Of a DNA stretch of 64,000 nucleotides, positions 13,985-25,445 are shown in pieces; position 1 is the stretch's first letter, and each line of letters begins with the position of its first letter. A program made the position numbers and the translations under genes. The notes below the pieces were generated by a model, which worked only from the letters and a program-made list of their open reading frames with translations, did not search any database and had not been told where the DNA came from. Origin of the DNA: Phycisphaerae bacterium (lineage in GTDB: Bacteria; Planctomycetota; Phycisphaerae; UBA1845); contig CAXXGO010000001.1 in NCBI GenBank assembly GCA_963666835.2, positions 448,001 through 512,000 of the forward strand, in the 5' to 3' direction.

Positions 13985-15553
13985 TCACATCCCGACTTGG
14001 GCAAGTTCCTCAACGCTCCCTTGCAGCCCGCCGCCGAGCTGAAGACCGGGCGACAGCGGAAACGCGCTGCCGGCCGCGATCGGGACACCGTCGGCCACGA
14101 GGTTGTTCTCGTCGGCTTGGCTCTCTACCCAGAGACGCTCGCCGAGTCGCAGGACCCGCAACTGCCGGCGATCCGCACCGGTCCCGGATACGCGGATCTC
14201 GTTGTCGACACCCGCCCCACAGCCGGCCCAACGGTACACCACTACGTAACGTTCCTCGTTGGTGAGGTTGTCCACCCGCTCGATGAGCAGGGAACGCAAG
14301 CCGAGGCTCTCGGAAATCTGCCACAGAGAGTCGGGCGGGCCCAGCCGGGCGTACCGCTCGGCGGTCACGGCCGCCTCGCCCGCGGCATCGCGGTAGGGAG
14401 TCATCCGCAGCCGCAAGGTCGAGGCCACGTCCACCTCCGCCGGTCTATCCAACGGCAGCTTCACTTCGCCGGTAACGGGTTGCCCGTCCACCCGCGTCCC
14501 GTTCACGGTCTTGCGGTCGGCCAGGTACAGACCGTCGCGCCGCAACGCGATCACGAGGTGCGATTGGCCGATCATCCGAGTCGAGTGATCGTGTTCTTTC
14601 GAACGCGGAACGAGCCGGAGGATTACGTCGTTCTGCTCGCGTTTGCGGCCCATCCGGATCTTGGACTGCCCCAGCAGCAACGTTCGCGTCTCGCCGCCGG
14701 CGCCGTCCCGCAGAATGATCGAGGCCTTGTCGAGCTGCCGCTGAGTCCTGGCCAGCTCGTCGACCAGCCGGATTCCCGCGTCGCGGCGCAGCAGGCTCAC
14801 GCCGTTCCACTGCGCGGGGTAGACCTGCTTGATCAAGTCGTTGACATCGCGGATCTGGCCAGCGGCGACATCTTTGGTCACCTGGTCGCGGACGCTGAGC
14901 CCATAGCCGATGTTGCCCCCGGCGTGCATGCTCGCGTCGATGTTGATCGTCGAGGGGTTCTCGTTTCTGGCCCAGACCTTCAGGAACGGCTGGGCGGTCC
15001 AGACGTGAATCTCGCCGCCGATTCGGAAGCGCAGGGTGATGTCGACCACGTGCTCCCCGGCCAGCTCGGGGACGATCTGAATCCGGTCGTGCCCGTCACG
15101 ATACTCGTTCACGCGAACCACCGGGAACCGGCGCTCGTGCGTCGTGCCCAGCAACTGGCTGGATACCGAGAAAGACACGTCCTCGATGTTCCCCCCGCTG
15201 CGGTTCAGAAGACGAAACTCCAGCGCGCAGGCGTACTTCTCCATGTAGAAGTGGTTGTCGTTGATCTCCAGCTCGATAGGGGGAGTCTCGACGCCAGCTC
15301 CGGGAGTCGCCTCTACCCCGCAGCACGGGTCCCCGGGCTTTCGCGACGCTGCCGGCGCGTCTCCGGGGTCCGGCCGGACGCCCGCTGCCTCCGGTGGGGC
15401 CGGGTCCGTCCGGTCCTCGGCCGTTGCGGGTCCACCGCCTGGTGCGGTACTATCGATTCCGTCGTCCTCGGCCGCCATCAGCTTCTCGCCGCATTCCGTG
15501 CAGAAGCTCGCGGTGTCGTCTTCCGCCGCCGCTCCGCATCTCGGACACTTCAC
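13985..15553 (-). CDS. Zinc ribbon - beta-rich domain - FHA domain protein
   Basis: CPRC..CTEC; FHA motifs IRMGRK..NDVIL..IGQSH..LADRKTVNGTRVDG; possible second degenerate FHA. GTG start after AGGGGAG overlaps the avd-fragment stop. Confidence 0.8.
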   Translation of the reverse strand: MKCPRCGAAAEDDTASFCTECGEKLMAAEDDGIDSTAPGGGPATAEDRTDPAPPEAAGVRPDPGDAPAASRKPGDPCCGVEATPGAGVETPPIELEINDNHFYMEKYACALEFRLLNRSGGNIEDVSFSVSSQLLGTTHERRFPVVRVNEYRDGHDRIQIVPELAGEHVVDITLRFRIGGEIHVWTAQPFLKVWARNENPSTINIDASMHAGGNIGYGLSVRDQVTKDVAAGQIRDVNDLIKQVYPAQWNGVSLLRRDAGIRLVDELARTQRQLDKASIILRDGAGGETRTLLLGQSKIRMGRKREQNDVILRLVPRSKEHDHSTRMIGQSHLVIALRRDGLYLADRKTVNGTRVDGQPVTGEVKLPLDRPAEVDVASTLRLRMTPYRDAAGEAAVTAERYARLGPPDSLWQISESLGLRSLLIERVDNLTNEERYVVVYRWAGCGAGVDNEIRVSGTGADRRQLRVLRLGERLWVESQADENNLVADGVPIAAGSAFPLSPGLQLGGGLQGSVEELAQVGM

Positions 15554-15942
15554 CACCGCGTATCTCCCCTGTATCTCGGGCATGTTGCCCGGTTCTCCCA
15601 ATGCCCCGCCCGGGGCAATGACTGCATGAGCCGGGCGGGATCACAATGTGCATTCGTCTCTTGTGCATTATAGCACGAATGAATCCTCAGCTCGTTGGCC
15701 AGCCGGGTAAGCATCCGGACAACCTGGAGATCGAGATTCGTTCCCGTCAGTAACGCCGCCCGAGTCTCCCTCGGGCTGTACTTGGCGCGAATCAGATCCT
15801 CCAAGACGGTGTACAGACCCTGCTTGAGCCGCGCTCCGATCCCGTAACGGCGACATCGCGGGAACTTCGCCAGCCGATCGATGTACCATCGAACAAGCTC
15901 GCACATACGGTCAATGACGACCAGCTCCTCGTATTTAGCCAT
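15550..15942 (-). pseudogene. avd: Truncated DGR accessory protein Avd (last helix replaced by unrelated sequence)
   Basis: KFPRCRRYGIGARL..LEDLIRA..NLDLQVVRMLTRLANEL matches the Avd four-helix bundle, but the E-x-G-R-M-x-G-G-W helix is missing. Confidence 0.8.
15667..15675 (-). promoter_or_regulatory. Extended -10 promoter (TGCTATAAT) at the avd truncation junction; second copy TGCTATGAT at 17622-17630
   Basis: Consensus TGnTATAAT about 115 nt upstream of the GTG start. Confidence 0.55.
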
Positions 15943-15958
15943 TTTCTTCTCCGCTGTG

Positions 15959-15995
15959 CGCCGCCTTCAGCGGCGGCCAGGGGCTCCGCCTCTGG
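15959..15995 (-). promoter_or_regulatory. DGR target-type tandem hairpins (GGA and GAA loops)
   Basis: CCAGAGGC-GGA-GCCCCTGG (one mismatch) and CGCCGCT-GAA-GGCGGCG. Confidence 0.75.
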
Positions 15996-17508
15996 ACCCC
16001 GGAAAAAGAGAAGAGGGTGAACTCCCCGCCACAACACGAAACCCGCTGCTGGAGAGGCGGCCGTCCGGCCAGTTCCTGCCGCGATTCGCACAACGGCAGT
16101 TGTGCGCATCGATGCTCCACGAGCCGCCCCGGAGAACACGGCACTGCCCACTACCCGGACCGGTCGGGTCCGTGCCTGGAGAATCCGCATAGTAGGCCTC
16201 TCCATACCAGTCACCGCACCACTCCCAGACGTTGCCGTGCATATCGTACAGGCCCCACGGGTTAGGCTGTTTCATGCCCACCGCGTGCGTCTTCTGCCCG
16301 GAGTGCTTGTGATACCAAGCATGGTCGCCCAAACGTCCCGTCGATTCTACGAACGAATACGGCGTCGTCGTCCCCGCCCGGCACGAGTACTCCCACTCCG
16401 CCTCCGAGGGAAGCCGTATCACACGTCCACTATGATCAGACAATCTCTGGCAGAATTCTCGGCAGTCCTCCCACGATACGTTCTCTACCGGACGATCGTC
16501 GCCCCTGAAATGTGACGGATTGTCGCCCATCACTGCCTGCCACTGAGCCTGCGTCACCTCGTATTTGCCCAGGTAGAACGGCTGGCTTATCCGGATGCGA
16601 TGGGGAGGCTTCTCGTCACGGTCTCCGTTGTTCGAACCCATGACGAACCCGCCCGCCGGAATCAGAACCAAATCCATCGCCAGACCGCTGCCAAGATCCA
16701 GCTTAGTGGGCTCAGGGTCGACAATCGCTTCCTGGATGCGCTTCGTGTACTGGGCAATGTCTGCACCACAGCTTCCACAGTAAGCATGGCCCATCCGATT
16801 CTCTTCACCACACGTGGGACACGTCCTCGTTCCAGCCTCCCGGCCTCCCGCATGGCGACGCAGCAGGCTCACGCGGCTCCACTGCGCGGGGTAGACCCGA
16901 TTGATCAGGTCGTTGACGTCGCGGATCTGGCCAGCAGCGACATCTCTGGATACCTGGTCACTGATCTTGTGTCCGTAACCGATGCTGCCCCCGGCGATCA
17001 TGCTCGCATCAAAGATGATCGTCGAGGGGTTCTCGTTTCTGGCCCACACCTTCAGGAACGGCTGCGCGGTCCAGACGTGGAGCTCGCCGCCGATCCGGTA
17101 GCGCAGCGTAATGTCGACCACGTGCTCCCCGGCTAGATCGGGGACAATCGCAATCCGGTCGTGCCCATCACGGTGTTCCTTCAGCCGGATTACCGGGAAT
17201 CGGCTTTCGTGCGTGATGCCCAACAGCTTGCTGGACACCAAGAAGGACACGTCCTCGATGTTGGCACCGCTGCGATTCAAAAGACGGAACTCCAGCACGC
17301 ACGCGTACATCTCCATGTAGAAGTGATTGTCGTTGATCGCGAGCTCGATCGGGGGAGTCTTGACCCCGGCCCTCGGGTGATGCAAACCCGACTCGTCTTC
17401 GGCCGCGACCAGTCCACCGCTCTCGACCGCCACAAGTTGCGCGCCGCATTCCGCGCAGAAGCTGGCGGTGTCATCTTCCGCCGCCGCTCCGCATTTCGGG
17501 CACTTCAC
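15967..17508 (-). CDS. Zinc ribbon - beta-rich domain - zinc ribbon - FGE-sulfatase/CLec protein; DGR target (VR 16045-16116)
   Basis: N-terminal half paralogous to 13985-15553; LPSEAEWEY, DMHGNVWEW, RGGSW..GFRVV; no signal peptide or TM seen. Confidence 0.9.
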   Translation of the reverse strand: MKCPKCGAAAEDDTASFCAECGAQLVAVESGGLVAAEDESGLHHPRAGVKTPPIELAINDNHFYMEMYACVLEFRLLNRSGANIEDVSFLVSSKLLGITHESRFPVIRLKEHRDGHDRIAIVPDLAGEHVVDITLRYRIGGELHVWTAQPFLKVWARNENPSTIIFDASMIAGGSIGYGHKISDQVSRDVAAGQIRDVNDLINRVYPAQWSRVSLLRRHAGGREAGTRTCPTCGEENRMGHAYCGSCGADIAQYTKRIQEAIVDPEPTKLDLGSGLAMDLVLIPAGGFVMGSNNGDRDEKPPHRIRISQPFYLGKYEVTQAQWQAVMGDNPSHFRGDDRPVENVSWEDCREFCQRLSDHSGRVIRLPSEAEWEYSCRAGTTTPYSFVESTGRLGDHAWYHKHSGQKTHAVGMKQPNPWGLYDMHGNVWEWCGDWYGEAYYADSPGTDPTGPGSGQCRVLRGGSWSIDAHNCRCANRGRNWPDGRLSSSGFRVVAGSSPSSLFPGSRGGAPGRR

Positions 17509-17897
17509 CACCGCATATCTCCCCTGTATCTCAGGCACCTTGCCCGGTTTTCCCAATGCCCCGCCCGGGGCAATGACTGCATGAGCCGGGCGGGATCGCA
17601 ATGTGCGTTCGTCTCTTGTGCATCATAGCACAGGTGAATCCTCAGCTCGTTGGCCAGCCGGGTCAGCATCCGAACAACCTGGAGATCGAGATTCGTTCCC
17701 GTCAGTAACGCCGCCCGAGTCTCCCTCGGGCTATACTTGGCGCGAATCAGATCCTCCAAGACGGTGTATAGACCCTGCTCGAGCCGCGTTCCGATTCCGT
17801 AGCGATGACATCGCGGGAACTTCGCCAACCGATCGATATACCAGCGAACAAGCTCGTATGCACGGTCGATGACGACCAGCTCCTTGTGTTTAGCCAT
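17505..17897 (-). pseudogene. avd: Truncated Avd, second copy
   Basis: Near-identical to 15550-15942 with the same truncation point. Confidence 0.8.
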
Positions 17898-17913
17898 CTT
17901 CTTCTCCGCTGCA

Positions 17914-17950
17914 CGCCGCTTTCAGCGGCGGCCAGGGGCTCCGCCTCTGG
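17914..17950 (-). promoter_or_regulatory. DGR target-type tandem hairpins (GGA and GAA loops)
   Basis: CCAGAGGC-GGA-GCCCCTGG and CGCCGCT-GAA-AGCGGCG. Confidence 0.75.
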
Positions 17951-17972
17951 ACCCCGGAAAAAGAAAAAAGAG

Positions 17973-20560
<2,588 letters not shown>

Positions 20561-20564
<4 letters not shown>

Positions 20565-20710
20565 GGGTAGTTTCTGCCTTCTGGTCTTTGGCACGACAGT
20601 CGCAAATCGCCTCTGGGACCGCAAGATGTCGAGCGGGCGACACATCCCATCCCGCCGCGACCCAATCGCCACAGGACCTTGTACGGACCGATCTGTTGCG
20701 GGTCAGTCAT
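20561..20710 (-). pseudogene. Kinase N-terminal fragment, second copy
   Basis: Near-identical to 2213-2362 with the same ATGA overlap. Confidence 0.75.
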
Positions 20711-20738
20711 GCTTTCCACTCGACTTTTCTCCGCCGCA

Positions 20739-20775
20739 CGCCGCCTTCAGCGGCGACCAGGGGCTCCGCCCCTGG
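20739..20775 (-). promoter_or_regulatory. DGR target-type tandem hairpins (GGA and GAA loops)
   Basis: Perfect CCAGGGGC-GGA-GCCCCTGG and CGCCGCT-GAA-GGCGGCG. Confidence 0.8.
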
Positions 20776-20797
20776 ACCCCGGGAAAAGGGAAAAGAG

Positions 20798-23587
20798 TTA
20801 AGGGGAAAACGGTAAAGTCCCCGCCACAACCCGGAACCCGACGTAGTCGTTGCGGAGGCCCGGCCTGCACCAGCGGCGATTCGCACAACGGCAGTAGCGG
20901 GCGAGGCTGAGCCACGAGCCGCCCCGGAGAACACGGTATTTGCCACTACCAGGTCCGGTCGGATCAGCGCCCGGGGAATCCGCATAATAGTCCTCTCCGC
21001 ACCAATCACCGCACCACTCCCAGACGTTCCCGTGCATGTCATACAAGCCCCACGCGTTGGCTGGGAAACTGCCAACAGACGTGGTCTTCTCGCGGTACAC
21101 ACCCTTTCTTCCTTCACCGTACGGGTGATTCCCGTCATAGTTCACCTGATCCGGCGAGATCGTGCTGCCAAAATGGAACGGGGTCGTCGTCCCCGCCCGG
21201 CACGAGTACTCCCACTCAGCCTCCGTAGGTAAACGGATCGTTCGACCAGCTCTCTCAGACAGCTTCCGGCAGAACTCCTGAATACCGTCCCACGATACCT
21301 GCTCCACCGGAAGATCGTCGCCCTTGAAATGCGACGGATTACTCCCCATCACCGCACGCCACTGCGCCTGCGTTACCTCATGCTTGCCCATGTAAAACGG
21401 TTTGCTGATCCGTACCCGGTGTTGCGGGCCTTCATCGTCGTCGCGTTTCGCCTCTGACGACGGCGAACCCATCAAAAACTCGCCCGACTCGATCAAAACC
21501 AGATCCATCGTCACCCCGCCGCCAAGATCGATCGTTTGCTCACGGAGGGCGAGCCAGGGTTCCAGTTTTCGGCGCAGGTCACCCGCTATTCGATTCTCAC
21601 TGTCGAGTGCCAGAGCTGCGTCGATCTCTGCAACCGCGCGGTTCGCCGCAGCCTTCTCGCTCTCCGAGCGTCGGGCCGTCGGCCCAGCATCGAGATTCAA
21701 CCCGACATCGGCAATGATCTTCCGCGAGGCGGACAGGTGCCCCTCGATCTTGCCAACCGCGGTTTCGGTGATCCTGAGAGCTTCCTCGTACTTGCCGGCC
21801 GCCTGCCCGTACAACTTTCGAGCTCCAACGAAGTCCGTTCCAGCGCCCTGAGCCCGGCGCATCAGCTCCTGGGCATCGTCCAGAGCGGTCGAGGCGAACT
21901 TCCAGCCATCGCCAGTATTCGCTCGATCCTGGGCGGCCAGGGCTTCCCTGCGCGCCGCAGCTATGATGGCTTCACCCTGTTGCCGGGTCTCCTCAATCGC
22001 GAGAGTGAATCGCTCGATCGCCCGCCGGAGCAAACTCGTGGCCTCCACTCGATCGGACGTTTCCATCGCCTGTTCTTCGAGCTTCCTGGCCTGCGCGAAA
22101 CGAACGTGTGCCCACGTTTCGACGTCCAATGCAGCGGCCTCCCCCTTGGCCGACTCAAGCTCCTCTTGAGCCTGCCGAAACGCCTCTATCTCCGACTTGA
22201 TCCTCCGTGCGGCCTGCTCGGCTTCGCCGAAGACCCGGCTCGCCTCATCGTACTTGGCGACGGCATCGCCAAAGGAAGTCAGAGTGTCGTGGGCTTCGCC
22301 CTCGGCCAGGAGTTTTTCGGCGTTGGAGAGCACATCGGGTGTGTGAACCTGCGCATCGGCAGCTCGCGCCGCTTGCCGAGCGGCAAGAGCAGCGATCCGC
22401 GCACGGCTGGCTTGATCCGCCGTGGCCGTGGTGGTTTCCTCGGTGGCGGGAGGTTTGTCTTGGATATCCGGTGGTCGTACCGTCGATTGACGATCCGGTG
22501 TGCTACGCGGTGGATCCTGCTGTTGGACAACTCGGGCATTCGATGGTGGCGCAGGAGTACTCGACCCAACACCCGAGATCGCCCAGACCCCGACGGCGGC
22601 CAGTACGATCACCACCGCAAGAGCCAGCATCCGGCGGCGGCCGCTACGGCCGACCGCGCGGAGATCTTGCAGCAGTGCCGCTGCCGAGGCGTAACGGCTG
22701 GACGGCTGTCGGTCCAGGCATCGTGCCACGACCGTGTCCCATTGCTTCGATACCCCCCGGACAAGCTGCGACGGAGGTTTGGCCATCCCGGCAGGTCTTT
22801 CCCCCGTCACGAGTCGGTACGCGACCACTCCAAACGAGTAGATGTCCGTCCGTTGGTCGATTTCGCCCGTGCCCTCGCCACGCTGCTCCGGAGACATGTA
22901 GTCGTATGTACCCAGGATGCTCGACGCGCTGCTCGTGCGGCGGTTGCCGCTCCCACCCTCGGGGATGGTGGCCGCGGCGTCCAGGGTGTCCAACGCGCCG
23001 TCCGGTGACGGCGAACCGAGCGTCGGCCGGCTGCCCAGGGAGTGCTGCATCGTCGAGTGAATCTGCGATAGGATAAACTCGCTGCCGATGGCCTTGGCTA
23101 AGCCGAAGTCGGTCAGCTTCGCATCGCCGGTGGAGTCGATCAGGATGTTGGCCGGCTTGAGGTCGCGATGGATCACGCCCCGCTCGTGGGCGTACTGCAA
23201 CGCCTCGGCGATCTGGATAGACCACTTGCGGACCTTCGCCTCCGGCAGGCGGCCGTCCGGTTGCTGCTTGAGGTATTCGTGCAGGCTCAGCGGCTTGCCC
23301 TCCGGACCGGTCACGTAGTCCATGACCAGAAAATAGACCCCCTCGGCCTGGCTCATTTGGTGGACCTGGACGATGTGCGGGTGATGCAGGTCGGCCATCA
23401 CCCGGGCCTCGTCGTAGAAACGGGCCACGAACCCCTTATTCTGCGCCAGCCCGGCCGGCAGGATCTTCAGCGCATACTTCTTGCGTAGGTGGACGTGCTC
23501 GGCCAGATAAACCTCGCCCATCCCACCCGCGCCGATAGGCTCCACGATCCGATAGTCGCCGAGTTGTCTGTCGATGAACGTTCCCAT
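20798..23587 (-). CDS. Ser/Thr kinase - TM - helical region - FGE-sulfatase/CLec; DGR target (VR 20840-20911)
   Basis: Kinase motifs, TM (MLALAVVIVLAAVGVWAI), FGE motifs. Confidence 0.95.
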   Translation of the reverse strand: MGTFIDRQLGDYRIVEPIGAGGMGEVYLAEHVHLRKKYALKILPAGLAQNKGFVARFYDEARVMADLHHPHIVQVHQMSQAEGVYFLVMDYVTGPEGKPLSLHEYLKQQPDGRLPEAKVRKWSIQIAEALQYAHERGVIHRDLKPANILIDSTGDAKLTDFGLAKAIGSEFILSQIHSTMQHSLGSRPTLGSPSPDGALDTLDAAATIPEGGSGNRRTSSASSILGTYDYMSPEQRGEGTGEIDQRTDIYSFGVVAYRLVTGERPAGMAKPPSQLVRGVSKQWDTVVARCLDRQPSSRYASAAALLQDLRAVGRSGRRRMLALAVVIVLAAVGVWAISGVGSSTPAPPSNARVVQQQDPPRSTPDRQSTVRPPDIQDKPPATEETTTATADQASRARIAALAARQAARAADAQVHTPDVLSNAEKLLAEGEAHDTLTSFGDAVAKYDEASRVFGEAEQAARRIKSEIEAFRQAQEELESAKGEAAALDVETWAHVRFAQARKLEEQAMETSDRVEATSLLRRAIERFTLAIEETRQQGEAIIAAARREALAAQDRANTGDGWKFASTALDDAQELMRRAQGAGTDFVGARKLYGQAAGKYEEALRITETAVGKIEGHLSASRKIIADVGLNLDAGPTARRSESEKAAANRAVAEIDAALALDSENRIAGDLRRKLEPWLALREQTIDLGGGVTMDLVLIESGEFLMGSPSSEAKRDDDEGPQHRVRISKPFYMGKHEVTQAQWRAVMGSNPSHFKGDDLPVEQVSWDGIQEFCRKLSERAGRTIRLPTEAEWEYSCRAGTTTPFHFGSTISPDQVNYDGNHPYGEGRKGVYREKTTSVGSFPANAWGLYDMHGNVWEWCGDWCGEDYYADSPGADPTGPGSGKYRVLRGGSWLSLARYCRCANRRWCRPGLRNDYVGFRVVAGTLPFSP

Positions 23588-23921
23588 CCGGAACTCTCTA
23601 TCTTAACGATGGTGCGAGGACGAATGCTGCGATCACGCTCCGCCGGGTCTTGCGATCCGGCAGTCCGGTGGTCCCGCCCGCCATGAAGCTGGGCAACGCC
23701 ACCCGATCATGCCCAATCATGGCAGATTCCGCTGCCAATGTAAACCGAAGTACTGGACGTGCGGGGTCATTGATGGTCGTCGATGGGCAGCGTCGGACGA
23801 ACAGGTGGTTGGTATGGCCTCCTGGATACGGTTGGTATCATCGCGTCGATCAAGCTGGGGGCGGTGGAGATACGCTGGTCCGCCGATGGTGGAGCAGAAT
23901 AGCGAGAGAGCGAGTAGGTAG

Positions 23922-24728
23922 ATGCCAGAGAAACCCACCACGCCGCCAACCGCACCCACGGGCTCCGCTTGTCTACCGGTGGAAGACACGGGCAACCGTT
24001 GCGTGCAGTGCGGATACAACCTGACCGGCCTCACCACGGACACCTGCCCCGAATGCGGTTGGCAGATCGACTGGAAGTTGGCCCAGGGGGGAGTGGACGG
24101 TCGGCGAGTAGGCACGCTCGCCCATCGGGCCCGCGGCTGGCGAAAGGTCGACCAGACACTGCTGACGGTTCTGGAGATGCTGTTCACTCCGTGGCGCTTC
24201 GCCCGGCAAGTGCGCAGCGACGAGGCGATCTGGCCAAGCCTGATCGTGGCGACGCTGTGTTACCTGAGCATGATCCTCCCGGACGTGAGCGGTTGGAAGG
24301 ACCTGCTTCCCGAGATTCTGAACTACCTGCCGCCGATATCCGCAGTCATCCTGGGGCAGTCGTTGGTCTTCGCGACCATGTGCTCTAGACCCTCGGCGGA
24401 TTGGCCTCGTTGGTATGCCCGGTTCCGCCTTTGGCTGATCGTTTCGTTCTACTCGACCTGCTTCGTGGCGAGCTGGAGGTCCGTCGGCGAGCCCCCCTTG
24501 GTCTCTTCGCCGTTCTCGACGAACTTCGCTTGGCCGTTGGACTCGACCGGTCTGGTTTGGCGGGAGCTGGGCGTGACGGTCATCTTCTATTGGTGGTGGA
24601 TCATCCTGGCGGCGGTATTGATCATCCGCAACCGCCCCCGATGGCTGGCCGGACTCTTGATCCCGCTCGTTTTCCTGTTCGCCTGGTTGGGGTACGCCGT
24701 CGGCGAGCGTACGGTGGAGATCTTCTAG
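23922..24728 (+). CDS. Multi-pass membrane protein with N-terminal zinc ribbon
   Basis: CVQCGYNLTGL..CPECG followed by about five hydrophobic segments. Confidence 0.75.
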   Translation: MPEKPTTPPTAPTGSACLPVEDTGNRCVQCGYNLTGLTTDTCPECGWQIDWKLAQGGVDGRRVGTLAHRARGWRKVDQTLLTVLEMLFTPWRFARQVRSDEAIWPSLIVATLCYLSMILPDVSGWKDLLPEILNYLPPISAVILGQSLVFATMCSRPSADWPRWYARFRLWLIVSFYSTCFVASWRSVGEPPLVSSPFSTNFAWPLDSTGLVWRELGVTVIFYWWWIILAAVLIIRNRPRWLAGLLIPLVFLFAWLGYAVGERTVEIF

Positions 24729-25311
24729 CCGAGCACGCCCACACCCCGCAGGAGCTACGGGCAGTAGTTCGCCAACCGGCGATGCCCCGCCGATACGGCC
24801 GTGACGGGAGCTACGCCGACCGGGAGTTGGTCCGTGGACGAGGCGGAACATCCTTGCGTTTGCAGCGTGCGCGCCCATGCATACCCCGCGTGCACGCTCA
24901 ATCGCCTGTGGTAGCGGGAGTTACGTCGATCGTGCATAGATTTCGCAGCGCACACGCCCCGGGACGGCTTGAGATTCTCGCCGGTGCTCCCGTCGGTTGG
25001 GCTGGCCGAGGATCAAGCTGTCGGTGCTTCCCCTCCATAGCGCTGGACCTGCCGGCTTCGTTGCTGGCCTCGGCAGGGTCGAGTTCCATCGTCACAGCTT
25101 CAGAGCCGGCGACGGCGGCTCGCGGACCCGAGTAGTGTGTCTTGTTGAATCTGGGGCGGCCCGACGCTCCTCGCGGACACCTCCGAGAACTCACTCCCCC
25201 AGCTCCACCCGATCGTCTCACCTTCCCCGCTCGACTGTCATCACGCGGTCCCCACGCCGCGTCGGTCTCACACTTCGATATGCCCACTCACCAAGCCGGT
25301 CGGCCGAGGCA

Positions 25312-25345
25312 ATGCGGGTACATATGCGGGTACTATGGCGGGTAC
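25312..25345. repeat. Three direct repeats GCGGGTAC at 12-nt period (candidate integrase arm sites)
   Basis: ATGCGGGTACAT ATGCGGGTACTA TGGCGGGTAC, about 110 nt from the att core. Confidence 0.55.
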
Positions 25346-25445
25346 TCTTGTCTTTTTATGTCCCATTAGGTACCCTATTGACGTTCAATGCCCCCAGTCG
25401 ATCGGCGATTGGGGCGAAATACGCCGTGTCGGCCTGCAAATGGAG

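Noticed and set aside
13775..15673. Long plus-strand ORFs (632 aa here; also 21536-23008 and 4476-5477)
   Set aside because: Antisense shadows of GC-rich minus-strand genes with no motifs of their own.
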